In this document: piece after piece, positions 25,101 to 38,399 of the stretch
Layout: every line of letters starts with the position of its first letter
Numbering within the stretch: the stretch's first letter is position 1
From: Zootoca vivipara
Taxonomy: Eukaryota
Direction: 5' to 3'
Length of the DNA stretch: 64,000 nucleotides
Assembly (NCBI RefSeq): GCF_963506605.1
Contig: NC_083278.1
Location: 35,154,001-35,218,000, forward strand
Program-made: the position numbers and the translations under genes
The notes under the pieces: model-generated
The model's input: only the letters and a program-made list of their open reading frames with translations
The model's database searches: none
Told to the model about the DNA's origin: nothing

Positions 25101-27309
25101 ACTCTTTAGTTACACACAGGATGGCTAACAGATGCATGTAAAAGTCAATGTCTAGGGTCAGTTTGCTTGTGTGACTCAAAAACCACTGTCACCCAAAGCT
25201 GCCTCAAACCTAGCACTATGTTGATCGTTTCACAATGGCAACGATATCAGCTTGCCAAGCAAAACAATATCCCCCCTGCTCTACTCATGGGCAGTTCCAG
25301 GGACTCCCCTAACCACCCCACTGAGCCAATTCTGGGGGCATGTGGGGTAGGAGAGGGAGAAGTATTGTTGCACAAGCAGAAATCCTTTTGCATGGCTTCT
25401 GCTGATGATACCGATTGGTTGACTCCCCCTCTGTGACATTTTTCAATAGAGTTGGTTCACACATTCACCTGCTGCACTTGAGTGGCTGCATGTGTGACTC
25501 AGCCATGTATATTAAATAGTATTTCAATTTATTTCAAATAAAAGTTTTGAGGTGGTCACACAGCTTCAGTTCCAATCAGTGCTTTCCCCATAACTTCCTG
25601 CTGCTTATTATACCTCAAATGTTCTGACTTTTTTTCCCTTGCTTTTGTTGTGTTATATCCCCTCCAGACAGCAATAATATGGTAGCATTGGAGAAGCACT
25701 GTGTAACAAACTAAAGGAGAATAAAACCATTAGCAATGGTCAAGAAACTGGCGCAGAATATAGCCACAGAAAAGTACCAGAGGGCCTGAGTGAGCTTGGG
25801 ACAATGGGAGGTGGCAATGTGAGGAAGATGAAACAACCATGGCATTTCCTGGCTACTCATTTGCTCTCTCCCTCACAGAGCCCAGAGGCAGAATGCAAAC
25901 AAGTGGATGACGACAGTACAAGGGGAGACAGAAGTTGTTATTTTTTCTCTCTCCCACCCTCCCTCCTTCTATACTGGCTGATAGTTAGCCATAGAGATAT
26001 AGCTCCTCCTTGAATTTTGCCTAATGCCCTCTTAAAGATGACCTAAGCCAGAGACCACCTCAATGACTTGTGCCAGTGAATTCCACGCATTGAATTATTC
26101 AGTGTGTGAGGTACCTTCTTTACACAATGAATAATTTAATCTATGGAATTTACTGACATAACACAGGCTTCTCCTTCTCCTTGTTATTTAGATTTGCAGG
26201 CTGTTACACACTGAAGTCCACCACACTAAAATATTTAAAAAACAACCACCATTGCTACTCCTTATCATGCATCACAAGAGTTGACAACTGGCATCTGCAA
26301 AGCCTGTAATGTTGTTATTACCCAAGTATGGTTCACTTCTTTTCCCTTGCCTCAGCAACTTCACTGGTACTGTATTGTTGTTACCCAAAGCCAAGAAGGG
26401 CTAACATTCTGAATGGGTTTGAATGCAAAGCACATCTTAGCTACAGACTTACTGGGTGATCTTGGACAACTTGCTATCTCTCAGCATCTGTTCTTTGTTT
26501 GTAAAAATTAAAAATAGGGATGTAAATAACCAGCCTCGCAGTGTTGTTGTGAGAGCACAAACAAAATGAAAACTGTAAAACAGCTTGCACAGTCAAAGAG
26601 GAATTATTAGTGATTGTTCAGATAGCTCTCTCCAAGCTGGGCAATTGGCCAAAAGAAGAGCAAAGTTATATACAATCGTGCAACAAAGAAGTAAATATAA
26701 ACAAAAATAAATAAAAGGTACATACATCTAATGGGTGCTTTTACCCCAAGGGAAAATATCTCATGGGAAATTCACCAAAGATAGCAACTGAATGTGCAAG
26801 AGCAGTGGGAAAGAATAATTCAAGCTGAAATCTATGCACACTTAACCATTGAACTTATGAGAAGCTATGCATAAAATAGTGTTGCAAATTGGTAAGAAAG
26901 GGATTGACTGTACAGTGCTATCCTAATCATGCCTACTCAGAAGTAAGTCCTGTTGAATTCAATGGGACTCACTTCCAAGTAAGTGTAGTTAGGACTGCAA
27001 CCTCAGACAGCTAATATATTTCTGTGATAGAAACCTGTTGTTCCCACTGGGCAGACTACTCTCTGATTGTGCTACATCAGAAAAGTTGCCACAGGGTAGC
27101 AGAGGAAAGCACAGGAAACAGAATATTTTTCTTCAGGAAGACTAAACAATCGGAACCTTCTTGTTTAGGAAAACAGAGTAAGAAAGACAGATGAGAGGTA
27201 TCATAATTTGCTGTACTTTTGAGGTGCTCCTTCCTACATCTCTCTAAACAGTAGCACCGACCAGGACAAGCAAAATGAAATAGATCTTCAGGTGGTGCAC
27301 TTTGTCAGC

Positions 27310-27690
27310 CAGTGGGCTGCAGTGGTTGGAATATTGGGATTAGACCTGGCAGACCAGAGTGCAAATCCTCACTTGGCCCTGAAACTCATGGGTTGGATCT
27401 ACATTCATCTTTTAAACATTATTAAATATAACATTCTATAATGTTTAATGTAGTTTCCCGTTGCCAGTGGCTTGCTGCTCTGCAGCGCCCTCTGGTGTCA
27501 CATTTTAATAACACATTTTTAACGTTATAAATCATGAGTGTAGATCTGCCCTGGGTGACATTGGGCCAGTCAATGCCTCTCATCTTAACCCAATATTCAC
27601 AGGTTTGTTATGGAGATTAAATGAAGAGTGGGAGAACCACATATGTCAGCTTGAGCTGCCTGGAGAGAGAAAAAAGGCTATAAATGCTGG
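27310..27690 (+). mobile_element. tRNA-derived SINE (MIR/CORE-like body) interrupted by an inverted-repeat element
   Basis: Head GCAGTGGTT...GCAAATCCTCAC and body TGGGTGAC...CACAGGTTTGTT, similar to copies at 40862 and 47040. Confidence 0.55.
27390..27551. mobile_element. Small non-autonomous DNA element (GGATCTACA...TGTAGATCT ends, possibly Harbinger-like) carrying a CTCF motif
   Basis: Inverted ends GGGTTGGATCTACA / TGTAGATCTGCCC. It splits the host SINE and contains GCAGCGCCCTCTGGTGTC at 27482-27499. Confidence 0.55.
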
Positions 27691-28083
27691 GCTCCTGCAC
27701 CTGTAGAGGGAATTTCAACTATTACAGGTACAGAAGCCCTGCTCTCTTTTGCAACTGGACTAGATGGGCACAATTCATATTTTGTATTGTCTAATTCTTT
27801 CAAAAGGATTGGACAAGCTAATGGAGGATTCCAGTGATAGGTTCACCTACCAGATCCTGGCAGAAAATATCTGGCATTGCTAGTCTCCATCATGCTGTTT
27901 CCAAGTTTTTCTGATGCATGAGGTTAAATGGTCCTCTGGTCTCACCCAGAATAGCAATTAGTTTGTTCTTATTTTCCGGAAATGGAGAGGAAGTCAGGGA
28001 GGGAGGCATTTTCCCAGAGGTTATTTAATTCCATCTCACAGCCAGAACACCTCAGTCTTTTTTGTAGGCTTTCCAAATATTGG

Positions 28084-28122
<39 letters not shown>

Positions 28123-28308
28123 AGTCCCGCAGTGCTCACTTTATCCTGTTACATAAAAGCCCAGCATTGCTCAGGAAATAAAGTTGCTGGGTTTGTCTGT
28201 GCACTCATTTGACTTTCTCTATAGGCACATAAGTAAATGCCCACACACTTAACGTCAATTGTACTTCCTGAATAGGATCTTGGCTGCACAAGTGCTTGGT
28301 GCTCAATT

Positions 28309-28406
28309 GTAGTGTTTCGAAAATACAGTATGCTATAAAATGACGCACATGGAATAGGTAGTGTTTCGAAAATACAGTATGCTATAAAATGACGCACATG
28401 GAATAG
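28309..28406. repeat. Perfect 49-bp tandem duplication (2 copies)
   Basis: GTAGTGTTTCGAAAATACAGTATGCTATAAAATGACGCACATGGAATAG occurs twice. Confidence 0.97.
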
Positions 28407-28531
28407 CTGGCTGCCATGTGCCCTTGAGCTGACTTGGTGCCTCTTGCATCTTGCTAGATTGGATGGATGGGTGAGAGGTATGGAGTGCAGAAAACACTGA
28501 CTTTTGTGTGGCTGGAATCTAGACTATTGTA

Positions 28532-29132
28532 CAGTGGTACCTGAGGGGACCCAGGTGGCGCTGTGGTTAAACCACTGAGCCTAGGGCTTGCTGATCAGAA
28601 GGTCGGCGGTTCGAATCCCTGTGACGGGGTGAGCTCCCGTTGCTCGGTCCCAGCTCCTGCCAACCTAGCAGTTCGAAAGCACGTCAAAATGCAAGTAGAT
28701 AAATAGGAACCGCTACAGCGGGAAGGTAAAAGGCGTTTCCATGTGCTGCTCTGGTTTGCCAGAAGCGGCTTTGTCATGCTGGCCACATGACCTGGAAGCT
28801 ATACGCCAGCTCCCTCGGCCAATAATGCGAGATGAGCGCGCAACCCCAGAGTCGGTCACGACTGGACCTAATGGTCAGGGGTCCCTTTACCTTTACCTTT
28901 TACCTCGGGTTACAAACGCTTCAGGTTACAGGCTCCACTAACCCAGAAATAGTACCTCGGGTTAAGAACTTCGCTTCAGGATGAGAACAGAAATCGTGCG
29001 GCGGCGGCGTGGTGGCAGCAGGAGGCCCCATTAGCTAAAGTGGTACCTCAGTACCTCAGTTCCAGAAATTACAGTTTCAGGTTAAGAATGGACCTCCAGA
29101 ACAAATTAAGTTCTTAACCCAAGGTACCACTG
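28532..29132. mobile_element. Tigger/pogo-like MITE (CAGTGGTACC TIR, TA TSD), interrupted by a Sauria SINE
   Basis: TA|CAGTGGTACCT...AGGTACCACTG|TA. Confidence 0.85.
28543..28900 (+). mobile_element. Full-length Sauria SINE
   Basis: Head GGGACCCAGGTGGCGCTGTGG, B-box GGTTCGAATCC, (ACCTTT)n tail and TSD TACCT. Confidence 0.92.
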
Positions 29133-30257
29133 TACAAATGTAACAGTCACATTCATTGCTCAGTCTGCTTTTAGCTCTGGCCCCACCCAATACTGGTGTG
29201 TGACTTCTGAAGGAATGCAACCCACAAAAGACTCTCCACCTGTACATTAAAAAGCCCAGGTGTCCAATTAGGTAGCCAAGTCTCTGGTCATTGAACTAAT
29301 GGGGAAAGGATCAAAGGGTTCAAACAGAGTATGCATAGGATTGCAACGTAGGGCTAAACTAGATGATATGTCCAACGCTTTTACTAAGTCTGCCTTTTGT
29401 TTTTCAAAATAACAGCTAAGGGGGATCAGGATTAGGACTGTGGTGCATGGGAAGTGGGTTGAACCATTTTCACCCATGCTACAATTCCACATGAAAACTG
29501 TGCCCCTCCCATGAAGCTGCAGTCAATCCCTGGGAGGGAAGCAGCTATTCATGCCAATGGCAACTTCACCATCTCTCTGTGTGTCAAGAGTATGGCACCA
29601 AGAGAAGGATTAAAATTCCACTCCCTGCATGTCATGGTTCAAATCCTGATTGCACCACAGCTATTTTTAACTAAAAAACCACTCACACCCTTGACACATC
29701 ATTTCGGCCCTTAACAGTTGAAATGTTTTTAGCTGATAAAAACTGCTGTCCTCTGAAAGCTTCCCAATATGTTCCTGTTAAGGCTTACCCAGAGCCAAGC
29801 AGATTCATGTTGCTATTTTCTGCACCTCGGATGCAGCATTTCTGCTAATGCATTCATTCCGAGGTGGCACTTGCCTTTTTGTTTTGTTGGCAATGGCTTT
29901 ACTTTGCTGACTCAAGCTTGCTCCCTGATTGATTCATTCAAGGTTGCTGACTCTGGTTCCTTCCTGGCAGTGCTATTGCCTAGTGAGTTATCCCCAATTA
30001 CTCAGCTCTTGTGCTACTGTGATGCTGATGTCAAGATCTCATGCACCACAGTGAGAATTTTTTTGTAGCACAAGCTCTGAATATGGGCTTACAATGCTCT
30101 TGCCTCTAATCTTTAATATTGCTCACAGTTCCCTTGTACCTAGATAACTCACTTTGGAAAGAGAGAACTTGTGCAACAAAGAAAGCAATAGAGTATATAA
30201 TAAACATATCAAGCTGCCTCTTACTTTGTCAGATTGTTGGTTCATGTGGTCCAGAAC

Positions 30258-30347
30258 CATAGCTGCCAAGTTATCCCTTTTTTACAGGGATTTTCCCTTA
30301 TGCTGAATAGGCTTCCTCGCGAGAAAAGCGAAAACTTGGCAGCTATG
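30258..30347. mobile_element. 90-bp hAT-type MITE, second copy (opposite orientation)
   Basis: TIRs CATAGCTGCCAAGTT with a perfect 8-bp TSD TCCAGAAC. Confidence 0.9.
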
Positions 30348-30377
30348 TCCAGAACTGTTTTTCCCAATTGGCAGGGA

Positions 30378-30530
30378 AAACCACAGCTCAGTGGCAGGGC
30401 ATCTGCCTGGAATGCGTAAGGTCCCAGGTTCAGTCCTCAGCATCCCCCGAACTGAAGACCTTGGGAGGTTCTCCAAGTCAGTGTAAACAATATTGCCTGA
30501 TGTAGTGTAAGGCAGGATATTTGTTCCCTG
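30378..30530 (+). mobile_element. tRNA-derived SINE, diverged
   Basis: A-box-like CAGCTCAGTGGCAGGGC and B-box-like GGTTCAGTCC. Confidence 0.5.
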
Positions 30531-30636
30531 ATTCTTAGATGAGGCAGGATCAATCTCAAGACACTTTGGTCTCTTTCATAAGAAATCTAAAACATATTTT
30601 TAGATTCTCTTGCTGGGTTTTGCTTGTTTGTTTATT

Positions 30637-30755
30637 GTTGTTGTTTAGTAGTTTAGTCGTGTCCGACTCTTTGTGACCCCTGGACCATAGCACGCCAGGC
30701 ACTCCTGTCTTGCACTGCCTCCCGCAGTTTGGTCAAACTCATGTTCGTAGCTTGA
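30637..30755 (-). mobile_element. BovB (RTE) extreme 3' fragment
   Basis: Reverse complement of the 41590-41708 BovB end, with a (CAA)n tail and an 11-bp TSD GTTTGTTTATT. Confidence 0.9.
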
Positions 30756-33700
30756 GTTTGTTTATTACTGAAGTTATTCGCCACCATTCCCAGGGTGGTG
30801 AGCTCAAGTTAAAATAGCCATTAAATAAAACATCAAGAAAAATGTCAATTAAAAGCCATAATCAAAATATTTGAATCAACATAAAACACAATAACTGCAA
30901 AAGGTGGGGAGCACACAGTCAATTTATATTCTATATACTCAACTATTGCTCAACTATGATGAAGCCCCAAAGTTTGAGTCCCTGCTCCATCCTGAACTTA
31001 TGAAAGATACATGATGTACATTTGAGTATGGGATATCATTCTCCCCCCCTCCAATAGTTTCTATAAATACTATAAATACTACTATTTCATAAAATTAAAC
31101 GATGGATGTGAATTATCCCCCAATAATGCAGAAATGTGATCTCTGCTGAATTTGCCAGATGCATCTGAAGCAATGTTGCCCCTTCCATTTTATGGACAGA
31201 CACAATGCGGCCAAGACACAGAACCCTACCAAAACCCAGTAACCTAGGAAGTGATTACACAGGCCATGTAGCTTCTACATGGAATTCTTTGCAAACAGCT
31301 CTTTGGCATCACTCCCATCAATATTCTGAAACTTACTTCTGCATGCCTTGTGCCTTTTACATTGCCCCTGGAGCTTTCCCCTGGAAAACCAGTGGTTTAC
31401 TGCTGAATTGGAACATACAACAATATGTGGAAAACTTGGTTGCCATTTGGTCCAATTCAGGATTAAACCTCTGGTTTCCTTGGGGGCGAGGGGGGGGGAG
31501 CGGCAGGATAAATGGAGGTGTGGATGAACCCTTTGTGAGTTCAGTTGTATTTACTCCCAGGTGAAGGAAATACAGGATGGCGGTCCTTGGCTGCCAAACA
31601 ATCTTTGCTGGAAGTATAACTGAATGCAGCAGTATTCAATTCTGAGTAGGCAAAGGACTGTCCTGTTGTTAAGGCTTCTTCTTTATACTAGAATAGCTTT
31701 TATTAGGATTGTTAATCTGTTACAAGCAAGAGAGTCTCTAGGGAAGGAAAGGGAAATAGGGCTTCTTTTGTATTGTTTTTAAAGCCACATATCTATCTAT
31801 CTTTCCAATCTATCTATCTACTTTCATATTCCCAAGGTGGGAAACAATATAATCATCAAGATAATCATACATCAATACAACAATTAAATAAAGAAGAAAG
31901 TTAATCAAATAACAATTTCATATTCCTGGGGTGGGGAACAATGCAATAATTAAAGTAAACACTGTGCATCAATAAAAGGAATATAATCAAATTAGATTCT
32001 CAAACAGGAATGGCAAGCAGTAATTGCAGTTCTTGCTGGCGTATTCAACAGCCAAAAGCTAATATGAACAAAAAATAAATACATTTAAAGGTCCGTTTGA
32101 ACTGACTGAGCTAATGGATCTGGTGAATTTCTTGTGAGATGTGGCTCCATAGTCTTGGGGATATAACAGAAAAAGCCCTTTTGGCCATCATTGATTTTGC
32201 AGTACTAGGCATCGGGTGCTACCAGATTTCATTGTGGGCTCGTTTCCATGTCACTTTAAACCACAGTTAGGCTTCACTGTGCACAGAGCTAAAATTGCAG
32301 CTGCTTCACTCTTTCCTCATTTCTACTGCTGCCAGGAGCTAAGCTATGGTTTAGCTTAGCGTTATGCCCAAGCCTGAACTCATGGTTTGTTTTCCTCAAA
32401 CTACACATAATAAGTCAAGAACAAATCTTGGTTAGAGCTCATGGTTTATCTGGAAAGAGACATAATGCTAACCCAAACCACATTTTAGCTCCCTGCAGCG
32501 CTGAGCAGCGGGTATGGGGTTGGCATACATAAATCACCCATTATTTTAGCCAATGTGCACCAGCACACTGTGTGTTCAACTTTAAACCATAGTTAAGCTT
32601 AATTGTGGTTTGAAGTGGCATACAAAGCAGGCCTATGTGTGTTTGTGGGAATGTCACACATTGGAGAAGACTCTCTGTTATTTATCCCAGTCTAGAGACA
32701 CACAGCCTATAAAAGGCTTTAAAAATAAGTACCAGCACTTTGAATTCAAACTAGCAACCAATGAAGCCCACACAACATTGATCTTATATGTCTGCCTTTG
32801 TCAACCTCCATATGTTTTGGATTGCAACTCTCATCAACATAGCCAATGGTTAGGGATGGGAATTGTAATCCAACAACACTTAGAGAGCAAAAGCTTTGAG
32901 AAAACTGAAACAGGAGTTTTAAGGCATGTGGAACCCCAGGCCTGGGCATCAGTGCTACCAGTGATTGCATGGTGAATCAAGTATGCCTTTATGAGGTATT
33001 GACAACAGATCATACAACATCGCAATAGGTGATAACACCTGACTGACTATGATATCTCATATGTAACAAGCTGAAAAAGGCAAAAATATGTTCTGAAATA
33101 TTTGGTGTCCTTTGCTTTTTCTTCTGCATCATTTTTGGAGAATGATGACGTACTACTGATAAGTAGTAATTCTAGCAGTTGTTATTTGTTCACTGTATAT
33201 GAGTACGTTAGCCAGTCCATCTGCATTAAAGTGATTTTTCCAATATCTTTCTATCCCCTGGGATCATTGTGACAGTTCATTGTAACCAAAAGCCCACATT
33301 TTAACAACATCCCACTTTTCTTTTTTAAAAAAATGCTGTTTCCAGAAAAGAAATTAGGAGAGTAGATGGATGAATGAGCAGACTTTTCTTTTCAGTTGCT
33401 CTCTATAATATGTGGTACATTATCATGAAGGAAGAAAGGATAAGATAAGAGCATGAGGATGGAATGGCTCATTCATAAATAAATAACTTGTAATAGCAAG
33501 TATGTTACACATAGATAATCAACGTACAGTATATGGTCATAATGGACTATTTGATTCCTGCAGTGTTTGCTATTGTCAGAAACAGCGTGCTCAGGCTATT
33601 ACCAGTATATTCCATTGAACAGAAAATGAGAGGAGAAAGTAGCATTAGCTATAAAGTGGGATGTTTGTGTATGTTGCTACTATTAGTTTATTGGCTTATC

Positions 33701-34048
33701 AATAAAGGTTTCGAAACATGGAAACAGATTTATGAATGTGGCATCCTTCTCTCAATAGAAAACAGTTCTATGATGTAAACACTCGATAAACTTGAATCAT
33801 CTTCATCCCATCTCATTTCACTCCATTCGCCCTCTCTTGCCTATTGGGCAGACATGTCATAATATACTTTCTGAGTCATACTGTAAATAGATGTGCTGTA
33901 GGGCCTTTGAGTTAAACAGGGGAGGGGAAGGTCCCTGAGAGTGATCTCAGAGAGTAATAATCACATCCAAAGGTGAGCCCATCCATCCCAGAACCACATC
34001 TATTAACAACATGTGCCAGTGTGGAACCAAACTGATGGTCCCAGAATA

Positions 34049-34344
34049 GAAAAAGGTAAGGTAAAGGATACCTGGACAGTTAAGTCCAGTCAAATGTGAC
34101 TATGGGGTGCAGAGCTCATCTCACTTTCAGGCCAGGGAAGCCGGTGTTTGACAACAGACAGCTTTCTGGGTCATGTGGCCAGCATGACTAAACTGCTTCT
34201 GGTGCAATGGAACACCGTGACGGAAACCAGAGTGCACGGAAACACCAGCGGTACCTATTTATCTACTTGCACTGGCATGATTTCATACTGCTAGGTTGAC
34301 AGAAGCTGGGACAGAACAACGGGAGCTCACCCCGTCGTGCGGAT
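34049..34344 (-). mobile_element. Sauria SINE, 5'-truncated (second subfamily)
   Basis: AAGGT tail, GGTCATGTGGCCAGCATGAC core and a 10-bp TSD TCCCAGAATA. Confidence 0.88.
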
Positions 34345-37260
34345 TCCCAGAATATCATGCTTCAAAAGGAAGGAAACAATTAGGTAGACGGAGTGCAGAG
34401 CTTTCACAACCAAGATAATATGCTCTTTTCTTTGATGTTCATTTGGTACTGCAAGATGGCGAGCTCTTTCCTAATTTCACAACAGCAAGCTTAGGTATGT
34501 TTTATCTTAGCAACACCGACAATTCACAAGAAAAAATGGCGCACAGCAGATAATGGGTGACCAGAGGAGAAATTGTGTGAGATTGCAGGCAAATTCAACA
34601 AATGCATGTTCTTGATAGTTAGTAAGATTAGGGGCAAATGATCACAGAGCTGTAAATTTCTAGACAGGCAGACTTAGACCACAGGAATGTAACTGGTGGA
34701 AAGAGAACTCTGTGTAGTGTCATTTCCCCTGATTTCAATGGCAGGAAAAAACTAGAGATATCACCCCTTCTCCTTCCTGTCTCTCTCTCTCACTCCATAC
34801 TCTTCTTTGACCTGTGATAAATTCACATATTGCTGAACTTGCTCCAGCTCAGGCACAAGTCTGATGCTGGTTATATTTACCTACATTGTTTTACTGCTGC
34901 CTTTTGCTGTGACCCTACTTTACAAGTTTTTGCCTGATTCTTTATTATGTGAGGTAATAAGGGGAAACTAGCTTATTTCATAAGCTGGAATTGTTCAAAA
35001 GGGAAAGCTTTGCAGCCAACTTCCGAAGCATTTACTGGTATATATTTTGCTGTCAGGGTTGAGATTTAAAAACTCTATTTAAAGCCACACACATGGGGGA
35101 ATGGAGGGATAATATATCCTCTCCTACATACTAAAACCCATTCCAAATAAAGGTGTCCTTTGAAATATTTTCAGTTTGGGATCACCCATGGTCAACAAGG
35201 ACAAGCATACATTGGATTAAGTCCTTGAAATTTACTTGGTGTGGGCACCATCTGTCCATGTACACCCCCAAAGGGTACATCTGTGCCCTTTACTGGAAAT
35301 GTATTGTGCTGCTGGGCGTGTGGCAGAGCACACCCAACCATTACTTTGTAGATCCAGCCATTCTACCCATCTCCAGAGCTGAGGGGATCAGGTCGATTGC
35401 ATTTTTATTACTCGGGGAGTTACAGAAGTGTTCATTCCTACATCTTCAATTAATTCAACCGTCACCACTGAAACACGTTGAAATTAGTACTGTCATTCCA
35501 TAAGATGGTATCTTGGGTAATTTCGAATGAATCATGAGGCAAAGGTTATCCAGTGATGATAACCATTTGTAAAAAATAAATGTGATAAAGGAACAGTTGG
35601 CTGCATTATGCCCCTCAGTGGACTTCCTAAAAACTCAATTGATTCCTTGGGGGATTCAGAATGATTCAAAAAGCTGCTGGGCTGAGTGCTCTTAATTGAT
35701 CAAAATGTGAAGCTAATCATTCCATTTCTTTCTTCATGGCAGACACACTTTAATAAATTATTACTTCAACCAACACAACATTGCTAATTATTGACTCCAG
35801 GTACATTAGTGAGAGAGAACAGGGATGACCTTCCATCAGGAACCATTTAGAATCCTTATTTATTTATTTGCAAGGCCCACCCAAGGAGGATGCTAGTTAG
35901 AAAATATGGATGTCTATGGCATTTAGTGAGTTGATGAAGTGCTTTTAAGTGCTATATTCATTTTGCAGTATTTGTCCACCCATGTGAAGAAAAGAACATG
36001 AAAACACAGGTCTCTCTCTCTATAAAGAATATTGTTTACAAAGCAATGGCCCTTGATTTGATATAATTCGCTACTATTGTTCTATATTTTGTTTGCACAG
36101 TGCTGGATTTCCTGCCAATCATTCTCTAAAAACAGCAACCCAAGACAGATTTCTACTAATAAAGCTGATTAAAATGACAATAAAAATGGCAAAGCTATAT
36201 CAAAACTGAGATTACAGGCTACACATTTTAAATACCCCAGCCTAGTGGATGAGATCTGGAACATCTCACAACAGAGTCCTGGAAGTTTTCTCCCAAAGAA
36301 CCATTTCTGTACAGGCTTTTCAGGGGAAAAATGCATATGACTCTTTTTTGTAGAAAAGTTTTGATGACCTGCTATAAAGGATACCTTGTTATTACTTGGA
36401 ATACACTGTTTTAAACTGTTATTATGGGATTTATTTTTTATTATAAGGCTGTATTTTAGAATTAGTTCTTGGTACTTTGGTGCCATTTGAAGAAAGGCAG
36501 GTGATAAATAAACCTGGGGTCCTTTTGAAAGATAGTGCATTTTGAATTATATGTCTGTTCACCCAGGCATAACCCAGATTGATAACTATGCAGTTTTGCT
36601 ACTTTTTCTTCCACTACGTCAAATGCAGCAGGGTGGGAGGAAGGGGGAAATAGGTTGTTTGCAATGCCTTTCTACCAGCAAAGGAGATCTATTTTAAAAC
36701 CGACAGGGCTCTGTGCAACTTAGCTGATGCTTTTTATCCCTCAATATTGGTGTCAATTTGGGTTTTAATCAATACCGGTCTTGAAGGTTTTCTCCCTTGG
36801 TTACATTCTCATTACTGCTATTGTAACATAGTTTAGCTGTACATCAATGTTCTATTTACAGGCACATTAGGTAGAGCATAAGTGGATGCAAGCACTAGGC
36901 ACTCCTGCAACGCAGTGGCTCTGCAACCTCACATTAGGTCCCCAGAGGCAGGCTTTGGACCACAAATGCTTTCAGCCTCCAGTCAAATCACAGCCCTCTT
37001 CCTCCCCACTTCCTCAACTTCATCTCTCCAGTGGCAGACCTACATTTTGGGGGGCCCCTTGGCAACCAGCAACAGGGTCTGGGTAACCACTGTTATCTTC
37101 TTCAGTGGGGTCGTTTCACCACATTAAAAAAAAACACTACAGCATCTCCGATTTTGAATAAAATTGCTGTACTGGATTATCTCACATGCCAAGGCACTGA
37201 TGGGAATAGAAATTTCCTATGCCTTATAGTTTTTGAGTTATGGAGGGGATGGAAACAATA

Positions 37261-37581
37261 CAGTGGTACCTTGGTTTATGAACACAATTGGTTCCGGAAG
37301 TCTGTTCATAAACTGAAGGGTTCATAAACTGAAGCAAACTTTCCCATTGAAAGTAATGGAAAGTGGATTAATCCGTTCCAGACGGGTCCACGGAGTACTC
37401 AACCTGAAGCTTACTTAACCCGAAGCATGGGTGTAATTGGTTCCGGAAGTCTGTTCATAAACTGAAGCGAACTTTCCCATTGAAAGTAATGGAAAATGAA
37501 TTAATCCGTTCCAGATGGGTCCGCGGCGTCCGTAAACCGAAAATTCATAAACCGAGGTGTTCATAAACCGAAGTTCCACTG
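37261..37581. mobile_element. Tigger/pogo-like MITE with internal direct repeat
   Basis: TA|CAGTGGTACC...GTTCCACTG|TA. The internal block AATTGGTTCCGGAAGTCTGTTCATAAACTGAAG...TTAATCCGTTCCAGA is repeated. Confidence 0.85.
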
Positions 37582-38399
37582 TAATAATAATAATAGAAAA
37601 ATACATGCATGGTGCATTATAGAATGAGGAAATAAAACATAGAAAACCACAGTCAATATAATCTTTTATTTTAGACACCTATACGACATGAAGCACATTT
37701 TACAAAATACTGGTACTATTTTTGCTAGTTTTTTTCTGGCAACATATTCACATATGGTTTTATCATCTGAGAGCTTCCTTGCAATGTCATTTTCTAGAAA
37801 TAATATGTATGAAGAACGTAACAGCTCTTCGGTCCTGGTGGGCCAAAATGTAGGATAACTTTGAAAAATTCGTTTCTGCTTCACAGCACGTGATAGGTGT
37901 TGTCAAGTACAGCTTAAGACCACAGTAGTAATATTGAGGAACACTTCAATTAGGTGTTGCTCAAAAATAAACTGAAGGGCTTCTGCACACTGCATTTTAC
38001 ACAGTGTGTTTTCTTCTGTGTTCTGGGATTTCCTAAGGTGCAAATATTATTTGAACTGATCACTTACTGCAATTCTCCATATTTGCACTATCTGTGCTAC
38101 TAACTGACTCTCAAACTTTGGGAAAGCTGAAATATATGCAACAAAAAATTAACCAATTTGAGTCATGTGACTGAAGTTGCTTTTGGCGACCAGAAGCTTA
38201 AGTTTCATAGTAGATCTACCCCGTCTCCCCCTATTGCCTCTGCCACACATGCATGTGCCTTTTCCTTTAGCTAGAGGGTGCGCTTAGGAGTAGGGCAAAT
38301 GTGGAAGAATATATTGAGAGCACTAGTATCTATCACAATGCTGAAAAACTGAACAGTCAAATGTTTGTTTGTTTTTTAACAGAATTTAGCAGCATTTTA

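Noticed and set aside
28309-28406. Possible CRISPR-like repeat
   Set aside because: Only two abutting copies, with no spacers and no cas genes, in a eukaryotic context.
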